DNA of 64,000 nucleotides, from positions 1 to 64,000 of the IMG/VR virus record IMGVR_UViG_3300047550_003584; one strand, 5' to 3'. The translations under genes were made by a program, and so were the position numbers. Within the stretch, counting starts at the first letter, position 1. The number at the start of each line of letters is the position of its first letter. Shown here piece by piece: positions 1-9,858 of the stretch. The notes under the pieces were generated by a model. It searched no databases and had not been told where the DNA came from. It saw only the letters and a list, made by a program, of their open reading frames with translations. This stretch comes from a virus.

Positions 1-757
1 GAGCCTCATCTTCGTACACAGGGTACGGACCCTCAGGACCGAAGAACTTCAGCGTGTAATCGCTCAGGACATCGGGGTTGGTCAGGATCTCGTTGTAAGC
101 CAGATTCTCTTGGTGCTCGGCAACAGAAAACTCGGCATAACGCTGCATGACATCTTGGGCCTTAGTGCCCCAGGCAACAGCGCTATCCAGCATCCCTTCC
201 AGTTGAAGGGCGTAGTTATTTAGGATTGCGGGTGCTTCTACCCCGTACGCGTCTACCACGTGGCGCGTTTCCGGACTCCACTGGAGCAGATCCGCCACGT
301 CCGCCAAGGACTGAACCGAGTAGGTTTGGGAAGAGTTGGGCGAGGAGATCTGGTTGGGTGACCAGGTCTGCTGAGCCGATTGTTGCGTAGCTGGGTTGCT
401 GTACTGCTGGCCGTAATTGGCTGGAGCGTATTGAGTCGTCTGAGACGGTTGACCCTGGAACGGGGATTGAACTGGTGCGCTCAGCAGATTCACCACCTTG
501 TTGAACGCCGACTCCCAGGGGTTGCTGCTCGGAGCTTCCGGTTGGGATTGGGGGGCGTACTGCGTAGGGGCTGATTGGTAATTGGGGGCCGCCTGAGGCA
601 CCGCTTGGGGGTAACTGGTACCCACTTGATACGCCACTGGAGCCGGGCTCTGTGCCGCCTGGTAATTGACCGGGGCTGGAGCCACGTAGCTGCTTGGAGC
701 CACCGCTGCCGGGACTTGGCTCGTCTGTGGGATCGATTGGACGGTAGCGTCCTGCAT
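1..757 (-). CDS. Putative capsid scaffold/head assembly protein (partial, runs off the window; not in the ORF track)
   Basis: ATG at 757 with AAGGAG 7 nt upstream. Hand-translated frame is open to base 2 (MQDATVQSIPQTSQVPAAV...NPWESAFNKVVNLL...YNEILTNPDVLSDYTLKFFGPEGPYPVYEDEA). P/Q/Y-rich N-terminus; lies directly after the portal. Function inferred from position. Confidence 0.7.
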   Translation of the reverse strand, partial: MQDATVQSIPQTSQVPAAVAPSSYVAPAPVNYQAAQSPAPVAYQVGTSYPQAVPQAAPNYQSAPTQYAPQSQPEAPSSNPWESAFNKVVNLLSAPVQSPFQGQPSQTTQYAPANYGQQYSNPATQQSAQQTWSPNQISSPNSSQTYSVQSLADVADLLQWSPETRHVVDAYGVEAPAILNNYALQLEGMLDSAVAWGTKAQDVMQRYAEFSVAEHQENLAYNEILTNPDVLSDYTLKFFGPEGPYPVYEDEA

Positions 758-2504
758 AACTCATCTCCTTTTGTAGAGCTTCTAAGGTTCGATACAGATA
801 TGGAGTTAAGTCCAATCTTGGATCCGCAGCCATCGGAAGATCCGGTGCTTGCGGGTGAGGAGTCTGCATCATGCCCCCCACTAAGCGAGCGAATTGAGAG
901 TATGCACCCTGTAATTCGTTCACCATCCTGAATGGGAACCCAGATAACATCTCGGCCCGTTCCTCATCCGTCTTAGACGGGAAGAGGTATTTCAGTGCTT
1001 CAATGCTATCAACACCTAACTCCTGAAGGTTGCGTACCACGATGGAGTTGTTAAGGATGTCCTGTGTGGAATCCTCATAAACAGGTCCCAGCCAACGCCA
1101 CAAAATAGTGACGTCACCATCTGGAATCAAACCAATGACATTAGGTGGAATCTGTTGTGCTTCCACACAAGCCATCATAAGTTTTTTAAGTTGCTCGTTG
1201 TATTGCTTCTCTGCTGCTTCATAACCAGCTTCATCTTCAGGCGAAGCATCTGGCGCTAGATCTACGGGCTTTTCAAGTCCTGCCGCCGATGCAAGTGTCG
1301 CCTTGAATAATTGCTCCTCTTGGTAAATAATCAATTCAAAACAACGACACAGGCCGTGAGTGTAGATAGCATTTGCTTTTTTCTTTGATGTTGCAGCAAC
1401 ACGTCCAAACAATGATTTGTACTCAGTTGCTGTCACACCAGCAGAAATCGATAGTTCGTCTACACCACCAAGGGCGGTACGAATCTCTTCTCGGTACTGA
1501 CGAGCAAATGCGTTTTGATCGCCAGTGATTGCATCTGGGACGATATAGCCAACACGATCGTTTGGTTCCAGGTTTGCGATAACGCGTGGAACACGGATCT
1601 GACCATCAACACCACGGCTGACAGGATCAGCCTTAAACATCGACCGACTCATCGGTGATGGACTTGTAAAGCCAGAGTTTGCAGCAATAGAAGGACGCTG
1701 GACAATAGCATCTCCCCCTGCCTCCATAAGGTCAGTCTTGGGGCGAGATGACAGAAGCGTTGGGTTACCAAAGAAGGTGATATTCTTTCGCATCGTACGC
1801 ATCATTTCGTCATGCGTACAAATGTGATTGGCTAGTGCGTCAAATTCACCAGTGCCCTCCGAAGAGAAACCTTGGGGATTATTGATAATTTCAACGCATG
1901 GAATGAAGCCAAGGCTATTTTTAAACGTCTTGGTATGACCGGTCAGTGCATAGGTCGGCATCTCAAACGACATCTCGGAATCCGAGTGCGTCTCTTCAAT
2001 CTCTCTTGGCTTAATTGAAAGTCTGATGTAACGCTTTGCACCAGGACTACCAGTGGTTAAACCGCCTGTCAACGATGTAGTTGCAAGTTGATCACCAAAG
2101 CCATTGGCCTTGCGTACCTTATAGCTATAGATGATTACAACTTCATCAAGCTCACCGTCAACGTTGTAGTACGCGCGATATTCGTGCTCGCGGAAATAGT
2201 AGAGGCGATAATTTTGTTTTGTAGGGCGAATGTAGAAAAGGCCTTTGCCATCACACAGGAAGTACTCCCAGATTGAATCCAGGCGTGTATCGAGTTTGTT
2301 GTACTTGGCTACACGATCGATAAAGTCTTTGCGCTGGTTACCAAAGTTATCTTGAGATGGGAAAAATTCAACCCCTTGGCGGATTCCAAAGAGTTTCATC
2401 TGTGCAATGTGAGACGCGACAACGCCAGTGTCTACAACAACGTCACTATCTTTATCGAGATAGGCGTTGATGATTTCCTGAAGCCTGGCTTTAGCGTCTG
2501 CCAT
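216..2504 (-). CDS. Portal protein
   Basis: 762 aa, downstream of the terminase; portal-like segments (GFIPCVEIINNP, GVTATEYKSLFG, ILWRWLGPVYED); low-complexity C-terminal tail. Confidence 0.75.
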   Translation of the reverse strand: MADAKARLQEIINAYLDKDSDVVVDTGVVASHIAQMKLFGIRQGVEFFPSQDNFGNQRKDFIDRVAKYNKLDTRLDSIWEYFLCDGKGLFYIRPTKQNYRLYYFREHEYRAYYNVDGELDEVVIIYSYKVRKANGFGDQLATTSLTGGLTTGSPGAKRYIRLSIKPREIEETHSDSEMSFEMPTYALTGHTKTFKNSLGFIPCVEIINNPQGFSSEGTGEFDALANHICTHDEMMRTMRKNITFFGNPTLLSSRPKTDLMEAGGDAIVQRPSIAANSGFTSPSPMSRSMFKADPVSRGVDGQIRVPRVIANLEPNDRVGYIVPDAITGDQNAFARQYREEIRTALGGVDELSISAGVTATEYKSLFGRVAATSKKKANAIYTHGLCRCFELIIYQEEQLFKATLASAAGLEKPVDLAPDASPEDEAGYEAAEKQYNEQLKKLMMACVEAQQIPPNVIGLIPDGDVTILWRWLGPVYEDSTQDILNNSIVVRNLQELGVDSIEALKYLFPSKTDEERAEMLSGFPFRMVNELQGAYSQFARLVGGMMQTPHPQAPDLPMAADPRLDLTPYLYRTLEALQKEMSYAGRYRPIDPTDEPSPGSGGSKQLRGSSPGQLPGGTEPGSSGVSSGYQLPPSGASGGPQLPISPYAVRPPIPTGSSEQQPLGVGVQQGGESAERTSSIPVPGSTVSDDSIRSSQLRPAVQQPSYATIGSADLVTQPDLLAQLFPNLLGSVLGGRGGSAPVESGNAPRGRRVRGRSTRNPK

Positions 2505-2537
2505 TATCTATTCTTGTGTTAATTAAAGCTTAGCAGT

Positions 2538-2897
2538 TCAAGAAACAGTTTTGCCACCAATACCTATCAATGGTGTGCTTTGCGCAAAATATTGTCCAGG
2601 AATTGTGTCACCGACCATTGGATAAGCCTGGGACACCAATCCACCAACATTACCAACATTACCAAGTCCTGCCATCGGCAATTGAGGACCGGTACGACGC
2701 AAAAAAATCTCACGTTCATTGGGATTATCTGTGCCCATTCCTTTGTTATAGATTTTTTGTTGTTTTGATTCTCTTTTGAAAGACTCTGGGTTAATGGCAC
2801 TGCCTGCGCCGCCCATAAAATTTCCACCAGCCACAAAATTTCCTGGTGCTCCAGGAACATTGGCCATGCCACTGTAAGTTATGCCGCCGTAAAACAT
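2538..2897 (-). CDS. Hypothetical Gly-rich virion-region protein
   Basis: 119-aa ORF in the operon direction with its own TAAAAT element upstream. Confidence 0.6.
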   Translation of the reverse strand: MFYGGITYSGMANVPGAPGNFVAGGNFMGGAGSAINPESFKRESKQQKIYNKGMGTDNPNEREIFLRRTGPQLPMAGLGNVGNVGGLVSQAYPMVGDTIPGQYFAQSTPLIGIGGKTVS

Positions 2898-2922
2898 CTA
2901 ACCACCTATCGATCTTTTTATT

Positions 2923-3105
2923 TTACTCTTCTATAACCTCGTAGCCAGCAGCGTCATTTACTTTACTAAGCACAATGCCGTTACTGCGTACGTCCCAGTT
3001 GAGGATATCGCCTTCTTGCCAGCCCAAATCTTCGATCACCTCGTCAGGAAGAACGATGTACTGATCTCCGTTTTCGTCCTCCTGGACCTCAAGGATGTAG
3101 CTCAT
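2923..3105 (-). CDS. AbrB/MazE/SpoVT-type DNA-binding protein
   Basis: Pattern YIVLPDEVIEDLGWQEGDILNW...IVL is typical of swapped-hairpin AbrB/MazE domains. Confidence 0.7.
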   Translation of the reverse strand: MSYILEVQEDENGDQYIVLPDEVIEDLGWQEGDILNWDVRSNGIVLSKVNDAAGYEVIEE

Positions 3106-3407
3106 TTACTGTCAAGCATCTTATCGATCAGTTTATCAAGCTTATTATTGATTTCGCGAAAATTGTCATGCATATCTTGAATTTCTCTTAAGAAGTCAAC
3201 CTTTAACACATACTCCAATGGCATTCGTTTTAGATCTTCTTCCAAAACATCAATCCTTCGTTTTTGTGACCCGATGTAACTATATGCTTGTTGGACCTGA
3301 TCGTTATATCGATTCAAGATTTTAGATGCGGCCCAACCACCGCCTGTAATAGCCGATATAACGGCTGTCAAGCCGATGGCCAAGTATTCGGGTCCCACCA
3401 CAAACAA
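3102..3407 (-). CDS. Membrane-anchored coiled-coil protein
   Basis: N-terminal hydrophobic helix, then a coiled coil (MPLEYVLKVDFLRE...KLDKLIDK). Confidence 0.6.
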   Translation of the reverse strand: MFVVGPEYLAIGLTAVISAITGGGWAASKILNRYNDQVQQAYSYIGSQKRRIDVLEEDLKRMPLEYVLKVDFLREIQDMHDNFREINNKLDKLIDKMLDSK

Positions 3408-3429
3408 TGCTTTTTTCTAATTCTAAAGT

Positions 3430-4956
3430 TTAGTAATCAAGTTGAAGCTGCCCCTTACGCATCAATCCTGTCAGCAAATAAACCAAGGCGTCAACGCAAT
3501 CATCATGACTACTAACGCCAAAGTTAGTCAACTCTTCAAACATAGCTGTAAAGTTGCGGAAACGATTGAAGATAATCTTGCGGTCTTCAAACATGCCCAT
3601 GCAACCACGGAAACGCGCCAGTTTATCGGCACGGAATCCCTTGACGGCATGCCAATTTAAGTTATACAGGCTCTCGTTGGTGAGACATACACGTTTGAAA
3701 TCGGCCTCTAGAGACGCCTGGTACGCAACCGCCTCACTCCAGATGTCACACGTGGAGTAAGTCGGGAAGTAATGGCCGCCTTCATCTTTGCCAAGGATCG
3801 ACCAATCATTGAGCAACTCCTTGAGGGCATCTAGTTTTTCTAAGTTGCCCATGACGCGTAGACGCCTGTAATCAATGATGTGGATCTGGTCGCCAATGCG
3901 ACCACCAAGGACCATGACGGTGTAATCATTCTTTTCTTTTGTTCCAACCGAAAGGTCAACCCCGATACCAAGAGAATCAAACTCCGTTGCAATCTCAGCC
4001 TTGACAATCAGCTCTGGCGCCAACGACAACTCGTTTTGCCTGATGACTTGATTCATGTACTGAAACGAGAAAGCAATTGGTGCTTGTCGTTTCTTTTCCT
4101 TTAGATAATCCAAGGACCACATCGATGGCCAATACGACATCTCATCCCCAGTCTTGGGATCATTGATGATGGCGGAAAGCACAATTTGCAACCAATTGTT
4201 CTGTGGGTTGAATGTTGTGGCATGAATGTCATCATGTCTGAAGCGCGTACCAAGGCAAATCGCCCGGCCCCCTTCAAACATGGTGGGTGCAATCACAGCA
4301 TTCCAGTTGTCCTGCATCTGTTTCCGAATGTCAGGGTTGGAGATGTCCGCAGCAGATTTGATGGCGTCATCAATGATGACCAGATGTGAGCGTTTGGAAG
4401 TCACCGAACCTTTGAGGCCTGCAGCGCAGAGTGTGAATTGTTCCTCACCAGTGGTATCGATGCCTGCAAACTTATGGTCAATGGACCAGTACTCATTACT
4501 GGTGACGTTCTTTAGAAGGCGTACGGTTGGAAAGACTTCTTGGTATCGCTTGCTTTCAATGATACGTTTGATGGTTGCTGATTTTGATCGTGCGATATCA
4601 ACCGTGTACGACAAGTACAGGATCTGTAGCGGCAGCTTGGCTGCTGTATGAACGCCAATAGCCCAAGCGGTAAACAAACCTAAGACTGTTGATTTGGCAG
4701 AACCACGGGGTGCCAGGAGATCAACGTTTGGTCCAGCAATCTTTCGCAGGCAGCTACTGTCTTCGTTGGTAACAAAGTGACGATGCCATTCTTTATGGTG
4801 ATCAGCCGGAGGTTTATCTGCTACGTACTCACAAAAGAATCCAAAATCTTCCCTTGCTTTTTCCAGGGATTCAAGATTGCGTGGGATTCGGATTTGTTGC
4901 CTGCGAGCAGCCGCTTGTGCGTTACGGCGGTATGCAAGATGTTGGTAAGCAGGCAC
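3430..4956 (-). CDS. terL: Terminase large subunit
   Basis: Walker A APRGSAKS, Walker B LVIIDD, coupling motif GTRFRHDD, RNase H-like nuclease GVDL...HDDCVDA. Confidence 0.93.
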   Translation of the reverse strand: MPAYQHLAYRRNAQAAARRQQIRIPRNLESLEKAREDFGFFCEYVADKPPADHHKEWHRHFVTNEDSSCLRKIAGPNVDLLAPRGSAKSTVLGLFTAWAIGVHTAAKLPLQILYLSYTVDIARSKSATIKRIIESKRYQEVFPTVRLLKNVTSNEYWSIDHKFAGIDTTGEEQFTLCAAGLKGSVTSKRSHLVIIDDAIKSAADISNPDIRKQMQDNWNAVIAPTMFEGGRAICLGTRFRHDDIHATTFNPQNNWLQIVLSAIINDPKTGDEMSYWPSMWSLDYLKEKKRQAPIAFSFQYMNQVIRQNELSLAPELIVKAEIATEFDSLGIGVDLSVGTKEKNDYTVMVLGGRIGDQIHIIDYRRLRVMGNLEKLDALKELLNDWSILGKDEGGHYFPTYSTCDIWSEAVAYQASLEADFKRVCLTNESLYNLNWHAVKGFRADKLARFRGCMGMFEDRKIIFNRFRNFTAMFEELTNFGVSSHDDCVDALVYLLTGLMRKGQLQLDY

Positions 4957-4986
4957 AATAAGTATTGTTCAGTGTATTACTGAATA

Positions 4987-5337
4987 CTACCTTATTCTTC
5001 GTTCTTGTTGCCCTTCTTCTGTTCCTTGTACTTGCGAGCTTTGTCCAGTGCTGCTTTCCTCTTTTCCTTGTCCGACATTTCGCTGCCGTCCTCCTTCTTG
5101 GCTTCCTTCTTTTTGAAGTGCTCCAGGAGTTCTGGCGGCATCTTGTTTTTGCTCATCTTGTTTATTGGCTTGTAAAGCGGCAATGACTTTTTCCCCGTCC
5201 GCTACTTTATCAATAATAGGCGTGGGACGACGAAAACCAGTTACACGCTCACGATTTTTTTGAAGTTGACGCGCAACATCAAATAACCGTCCGGCGATAT
5301 TCTCCCCGTATTGAGGTTGTGAAACTGGTTGATTCAT
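4987..5337 (-). CDS. Hypothetical protein whose C-terminal half overprints a nested Lys-rich ORF
   Basis: 116-aa ORF with -10-like TAAACT upstream; contains IAGRL. Confidence 0.5.
   Translation of the reverse strand: MNQPVSQPQYGENIAGRLFDVARQLQKNRERVTGFRRPTPIIDKVADGEKVIAALQANKQDEQKQDAARTPGALQKEGSQEGGRQRNVGQGKEESSTGQSSQVQGTEEGQQERRIR
4992..5183 (-). CDS. Small Lys/Glu-rich protein
   Basis: MSKNKMPPELLEHFKKKEAKKEDG..., nested in another frame of 4987..5337. Confidence 0.55.
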   Translation of the reverse strand: MPLYKPINKMSKNKMPPELLEHFKKKEAKKEDGSEMSDKEKRKAALDKARKYKEQKKGNKNEE

Positions 5338-5355
5338 CCTTCAAGTTTACTTGAT

Positions 5356-5973
5356 CTACTCTTCGAGCTGCATGTGCGCCCATACGCTCATTGACGCTTC
5401 TTCCAGGGGGACTTCAATCGGGTCGTCTTTGAAGATGGTAAGAAGTTCACGAATGGCACGATCAGCGCCAGCCATAAGCAAGCCCTTGCGATCCTTATTG
5501 GCCGTGCTCAGCTCAACCTGGGCAATAGTGCCACGCAATTCTTTTTGCATACCAGCGATGCGTGCAACGCCGGCATCACGTTTGACAATGCCGTCATCAA
5601 CATCCGCACGAAGCTTACGAATATCTTCCTGCATCTCTTCAATTTCATTCAAAAGAACTGCCCTGTGGTCAGGCTTGGGATAGTTCTTTTGTACCCATAA
5701 ATCACAACCTGCAATACTGCCTGTATATCCAAGGAATCGCGCATAAAGGTAGCACTCAATCACCGAGTAGTTTTCAGAGCAAAAACCCGTGAATGCTTCT
5801 TCGGTTGGTGCATCAAGATTGTCGACCCACTGGCCGAAAATCTCAATATCGATATGCCCTTTGGGACTGATTATAGTCTCGTGCTTCGTCTTCCTGAGCG
5901 AAGCGCTGGGCTTGAGCTGCTGTCTCACGTTGTTGTTCACCAGAGGTTCCAATGGTTGCACGTTGCTGAGCAC
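5356..5973 (-). CDS. Hypothetical helical protein, candidate terminase small subunit
   Basis: 205 aa, upstream of terL, coiled-coil C-terminal half; function from position only; start uncertain. Confidence 0.45.
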   Translation of the reverse strand: MLSNVQPLEPLVNNNVRQQLKPSASLRKTKHETIISPKGHIDIEIFGQWVDNLDAPTEEAFTGFCSENYSVIECYLYARFLGYTGSIAGCDLWVQKNYPKPDHRAVLLNEIEEMQEDIRKLRADVDDGIVKRDAGVARIAGMQKELRGTIAQVELSTANKDRKGLLMAGADRAIRELLTIFKDDPIEVPLEEASMSVWAHMQLEE

Positions 5974-6139
5974 CTTCTTCCTTCATCTTTTCCTTGGTGG
6001 AACCAACGGAAACATCTTGAAAGATCTTAACGGCAGATGCAGCTTTACGAGCTTTTTCCTCGTCAAACAGTAGATCGTACGGATCAAGATTTTCGGGTGT
6101 TTCCCAATCAGATGAGGTACCCGTATAGGAGGATGTCAT
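5843..6139 (-). CDS. Hypothetical virion-region protein
   Basis: 98-aa ORF, ATGA-coupled to the upstream ORF. Confidence 0.55.
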   Translation of the reverse strand: MTSSYTGTSSDWETPENLDPYDLLFDEEKARKAASAVKIFQDVSVGSTKEKMKEEGAQQRATIGTSGEQQRETAAQAQRFAQEDEARDYNQSQRAYRY

Positions 6140-6306
6140 TTTTGAACCTCTTCTTTTTCAGGGCCAAACGCTGACTCACCCAGATCTTCTTCTGGTTTTA
6201 CTTTGGACTCAAGCTTGTTTTTTGCATATCGATAGGCTACATCTGCAGCCTGACGATAACGGTTGAATTCAGCTTGTTCAGTTGAGCCAGCGTTATCAGC
6301 CTTCAT
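6136..6306 (-). CDS. Hypothetical 56-aa protein (below the ORF-track cutoff)
   Basis: MKADNAGSTEQAEFNRYRQAADVAYRYAKNKLE...; fills the gap between 6311 and 6139. Confidence 0.55.
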   Translation of the reverse strand: MKADNAGSTEQAEFNRYRQAADVAYRYAKNKLESKVKPEEDLGESAFGPEKEEVQK

Positions 6307-6310
6307 GGCA

Positions 6311-6583
6311 TCAGAAGTTGGTCATCATGCTGGCGAGACCACCGGCCATGACGTCACGTTGGCGAGCACGGTTTGCCTGGGAAGCCTGACGCATCTTGGA
6401 GCCTTCAAGACGACCGATGAGAGTTTCAAAATCCTGAAGCTCAGCAGCAGACATACCGCCACCATACTTACGTGCCTCTTGAGCGTTCAAAATTTCTTGC
6501 ACTTCAGCAGGAGCCAGGCCGGCTGCCTCAAGTTGCTGCTTGGTTGCAGTGGTACGCGTAGGGGCGGTAAACGAATAAGCCAT
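6311..6583 (-). CDS. Hypothetical virion-region protein
   Basis: 90 aa; C-terminus GLASMMTNF resembles the neighbour's MFASLMGAFNF. Confidence 0.6.
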   Translation of the reverse strand: MAYSFTAPTRTTATKQQLEAAGLAPAEVQEILNAQEARKYGGGMSAAELQDFETLIGRLEGSKMRQASQANRARQRDVMAGGLASMMTNF

Positions 6584-6628
6584 TGATAAACTTCTTCAAA
6601 GTTATAAATTTATTTTAGCGCATTCATT

Positions 6629-7255
6629 TTAAAAGTTGAATGCACCCATGAGGCTGGCAAACATATTTGAACCCCGTTCAATATTGGCAATGTTCTTATA
6701 TCCCGCATTCACAATACCTTGAAGATCCAGCTTTCCTTTTACTTCCAGGCCTGTCACGGCAAGGTTGTTTTCATTGACTAGCTTTTGGCGTTCAGTCTGG
6801 CCAGCTTGACGAAGATTTTCAATTTCCTTCTGTATTTGAAGATTAGCGGCTTCTTTTGCCGCGTCATACATCGGTTGGTTTATTAAACCAGGAGGAATAG
6901 TTCCGGCGCCACCAGGTTGGGCTGAAGCAGAAGACGAGGAATTTTGTTGAGTATTTTGAGTTTGAGCTGACTGTGATGCAACTGATTGACCGCCTATAAC
7001 AACTGGGGTAAAACCCAGTGATCGTATAGCGCTTTCTTTTTCAGCAGGAGTCTGGCTAGACTGATAAATAGCTTGGATTTGTTGGGCGCTGCTTGCAAGC
7101 GAAGGTTGGGCGGCGTTGTTCGCAGACGAAGTTTGCCGTTCAACAACATTTCTTGCCTGTTCAGGACTTAAGCCTGTTTTGCCAGCAATATAAGATGCAC
7201 TATAGCCTTTAGCGTATAGCTTTCTTGCTTTTTCAAAATCTTTTGCAGATGACAT
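6629..7255 (-). CDS. Putative internal virion protein
   Basis: 208 aa, Q/S/A-rich with a coiled coil. Confidence 0.55.
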   Translation of the reverse strand: MSSAKDFEKARKLYAKGYSASYIAGKTGLSPEQARNVVERQTSSANNAAQPSLASSAQQIQAIYQSSQTPAEKESAIRSLGFTPVVIGGQSVASQSAQTQNTQQNSSSSASAQPGGAGTIPPGLINQPMYDAAKEAANLQIQKEIENLRQAGQTERQKLVNENNLAVTGLEVKGKLDLQGIVNAGYKNIANIERGSNMFASLMGAFNF

Positions 7256-7315
7256 ATCTGTAGGATTACTTTGCTTTGTTTTTATTTTAACAGCACGTCA
7301 GTAACAAAAAAATAA

Positions 7316-7936
7316 TCAGGCCGTGCCCAGCATTGAAGCGGTAATCTGTTTAACTGTATTCGGATCGTACTGGAAGAGACCGCGCAACAGCCGACCGCTA
7401 GATGGATCACGTGCTATTGGTCCCTTTTCTAATTCAAACATAAGATCGGCAGGTGTCTTAACCATATCCGAGGCAATCATCCCACTTCTTACAATGTCTG
7501 AAAAAGCCTCGGGGCTACGGACGTTGGTTGCTTTGGCAAGATTAATGTATTTTTGGAAAGCATCTTCAGGCATGGCCAAACCTTGTTGGCCGTATGCGTA
7601 AGAAGCTACATCACGATAGGGACCAGCTTCAAAATCAATAGGTGTTTTATAGCTTTTTGCTAATCGTTTTTCAATAAAAGGAGAAGCAAACTTTCCAGCA
7701 TAGCTTTGAAGAACACCTTCTCTGGCGCCAGGGGAGGCATAGGTTGCTACCTCTTTTAGAATTGCCTTTTTCTGTGCTTTTGTAGGCTTTATTTGTTTTT
7801 CAGCATAGCCACCAAGTAAATTCATGAGCTTTGAAGGCTCATAGGTAGGTACGTCATTTCCTCCGAAGAGGCCACCCAAAAAAGATCCGCCTGCGCTAGA
7901 GGCAAGACCTAGTCCAATAGCTGAAAACGGATCCAT
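7316..7936 (-). CDS. Putative internal virion/ejection protein
   Basis: N-terminus MDPFSAIGLGLASSAGGSFLGGLFGG is of the kind seen in DNA pilot/ejection proteins. Confidence 0.55.
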   Translation of the reverse strand: MDPFSAIGLGLASSAGGSFLGGLFGGNDVPTYEPSKLMNLLGGYAEKQIKPTKAQKKAILKEVATYASPGAREGVLQSYAGKFASPFIEKRLAKSYKTPIDFEAGPYRDVASYAYGQQGLAMPEDAFQKYINLAKATNVRSPEAFSDIVRSGMIASDMVKTPADLMFELEKGPIARDPSSGRLLRGLFQYDPNTVKQITASMLGTA

Positions 7937-7984
7937 GTATTTTATAAAACCTTACACGTTATCTGTATTTTAACCGAAATGATT

Positions 7985-8455
7985 TTATACAGGAGAATAA
8001 GAGAAAGCACCAAAGCTGCCATATTTACCTGCAAGGTCTGGAAGATTAGCTTTAGCCAAAGAAAGCCTGTACGGCCCTATATTATTTGCAACCTGTGCTC
8101 CACGAATTGGGCCTAATAAAGAACGGGATTGATCCCAGTTTTGCGCCAAAATATCTTTACCAACCCCAGCATCAAACATTGCATTTTGAGCTGCAAATTG
8201 ATTTTCGGCTGCAGCGTTTAAATTCTTTTGTTCAATAGCATTGGCAAATGATTGTGCGGCGTTAAGGCCCATCATCATGCCGCCCATGTTGCCAAATGCG
8301 CCCGTTGCAACATTGCCGCCGTAAGAAGGGGCAGCGCCACCAAAGCCACCAACATTCAGGCCGCCGTAACCGCCAAATGGACTATTGGCTAAATTTGAAC
8401 CAACTTGACCAAAAGCACCGGTAGTATCGATACCAAAACCACTTGACCAATTCAT
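7985..8455 (-). CDS. Gly-rich putative internal virion protein
   Basis: 156 aa, G/F/N-rich. Confidence 0.55.
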   Translation of the reverse strand: MNWSSGFGIDTTGAFGQVGSNLANSPFGGYGGLNVGGFGGAAPSYGGNVATGAFGNMGGMMMGLNAAQSFANAIEQKNLNAAAENQFAAQNAMFDAGVGKDILAQNWDQSRSLLGPIRGAQVANNIGPYRLSLAKANLPDLAGKYGSFGAFSYSPV

Positions 8456-8458
8456 GAT

Positions 8459-8893
8459 TTAAAGACTCACGTAACTACGATTGGAAAAAGGAACGGCTCG
8501 ATCAATACCCCGTTGAATGGTCTGCATGGTCTCAGGAAGGTAATAGTGACCAGCAAGACGTGCGTCCCTCATTCTTTGAGGGAAATTTACAAAACCAGCA
8601 AAAAGACTGGACTCCATTCCAAGGCGTTGATTCTCTTTTGCAATTTCCCTTTGATAAGGGCCAATTACATCAAGCATTTCTTTAATACGTTGTGGATCAG
8701 ACGCTTGTGAACGCTGTTGCTCAAGCAGATATGCCATGGCACCAAGATCGCTACCAAATGCATCCTTGTATTGCTGAATACGATCTTTATCAAAGTTCAA
8801 AAGGCGTCCAGCAAGTGGTGTTGGGCTTGGTTGTGCAGCACCAAAACCCGAAACATTTAGTTGACCGTAGCTAGGAGTATTCATGGAGATCAC
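8459..8893 (-). CDS. Putative internal virion protein
   Basis: 144 aa; shares YGxLNVxGFGxA with 7985..8455. Confidence 0.55.
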   Translation of the reverse strand: MISMNTPSYGQLNVSGFGAAQPSPTPLAGRLLNFDKDRIQQYKDAFGSDLGAMAYLLEQQRSQASDPQRIKEMLDVIGPYQREIAKENQRLGMESSLFAGFVNFPQRMRDARLAGHYYLPETMQTIQRGIDRAVPFSNRSYVSL

Positions 8894-9828
8894 CCAAAGC
8901 GAATTTGAGGAGCTTGGATAGTAGAACCTGCGTACGGATTAGTTTGTAGTGCAGTGTTCGTAAGCTGTGCAACATTCTGTTGTGCGCCAAGAGCCAAGGA
9001 ACCTGCTGTTGCCAGGACACCTTGTTGCATGTAGCCTTGGTTCTGAGTATTCATCAACGCTTGCTGACGAACAAGATCAGCATTCTTCATTTGATTGATC
9101 AAAGGAAGATTGCGTTGCAAATTAAGGTATTCTTGATCAGAATATGCTTTACTCAAATCTTTAAGGCTACTGGTGTAAACACCCATGTTATCGCGGTACT
9201 GCGTAGTGCCCAACTCAGCCAATTGTTTATTCATGGCCATCTGAGTACTAAACTCACCCTCCTTGCCTTTAGTGGGCTCACCGGTAAGTTTTTGACGCGT
9301 AGATTCAGCAGCAGAAGCAGAAGCTCCTGGAAGAATCGCACCGAGTCCCATCAGCCCAAGACCGGCAACTGTTCCGATCGGACCTTTGCCAATTAACCCT
9401 GCGCCAACTGCAGATAAACCTGCGGGCGCAAGGGCGGCAACAGCGCCGAGGGAGCGCCCTGCTTGAAGCTCTTCCATTGCCGTGCCAACAGCAGGTAGTG
9501 CTGCTGCAAGTGCTAACCCGCCACGAGCGTATGCACCAGCGTTAGGGTATTTTTCAAGGAATCTTTTGGCTGCTTCTTTACCACGGCCTACGGCTTCTCC
9601 TGTAGCGTCAACTCCTTGCTGAAGAACTTGTTTAGCTTGTTGACGAAAACCAGGGGCAGCAGGAGTAACACCTTCTAAATTAAGGTTGCCGCCAAAAGTT
9701 TGCTGCTGGCCACCAAGGCCTCGGATACGCTGTAACTCAGCAAGTTGCTCAGGAGTGAGCTGGGACCCAGGTGCTTGTAGTCCTAGAACGCTGCCTGGAT
9801 TATAACCGTAAGCAGAATAAGGATTCAC
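8890..9828 (-). CDS. Putative ejection protein with Gly/Ala hydrophobic helices
   Basis: 312 aa, Gly-zipper-like hydrophobic segments followed by a Q-rich coiled coil. Confidence 0.55.
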   Translation of the reverse strand: MNPYSAYGYNPGSVLGLQAPGSQLTPEQLAELQRIRGLGGQQQTFGGNLNLEGVTPAAPGFRQQAKQVLQQGVDATGEAVGRGKEAAKRFLEKYPNAGAYARGGLALAAALPAVGTAMEELQAGRSLGAVAALAPAGLSAVGAGLIGKGPIGTVAGLGLMGLGAILPGASASAAESTRQKLTGEPTKGKEGEFSTQMAMNKQLAELGTTQYRDNMGVYTSSLKDLSKAYSDQEYLNLQRNLPLINQMKNADLVRQQALMNTQNQGYMQQGVLATAGSLALGAQQNVAQLTNTALQTNPYAGSTIQAPQIRFG

Positions 9829-9858
9829 GTCAACAACTCTACTTTTTTATAAATTCTA

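Noticed and set aside
2923-3407. MazEF-like toxin-antitoxin pair
   Set aside because: The AbrB/MazE-like ORF has no recognisable toxin neighbour; the adjacent ORF is a membrane coiled-coil protein.
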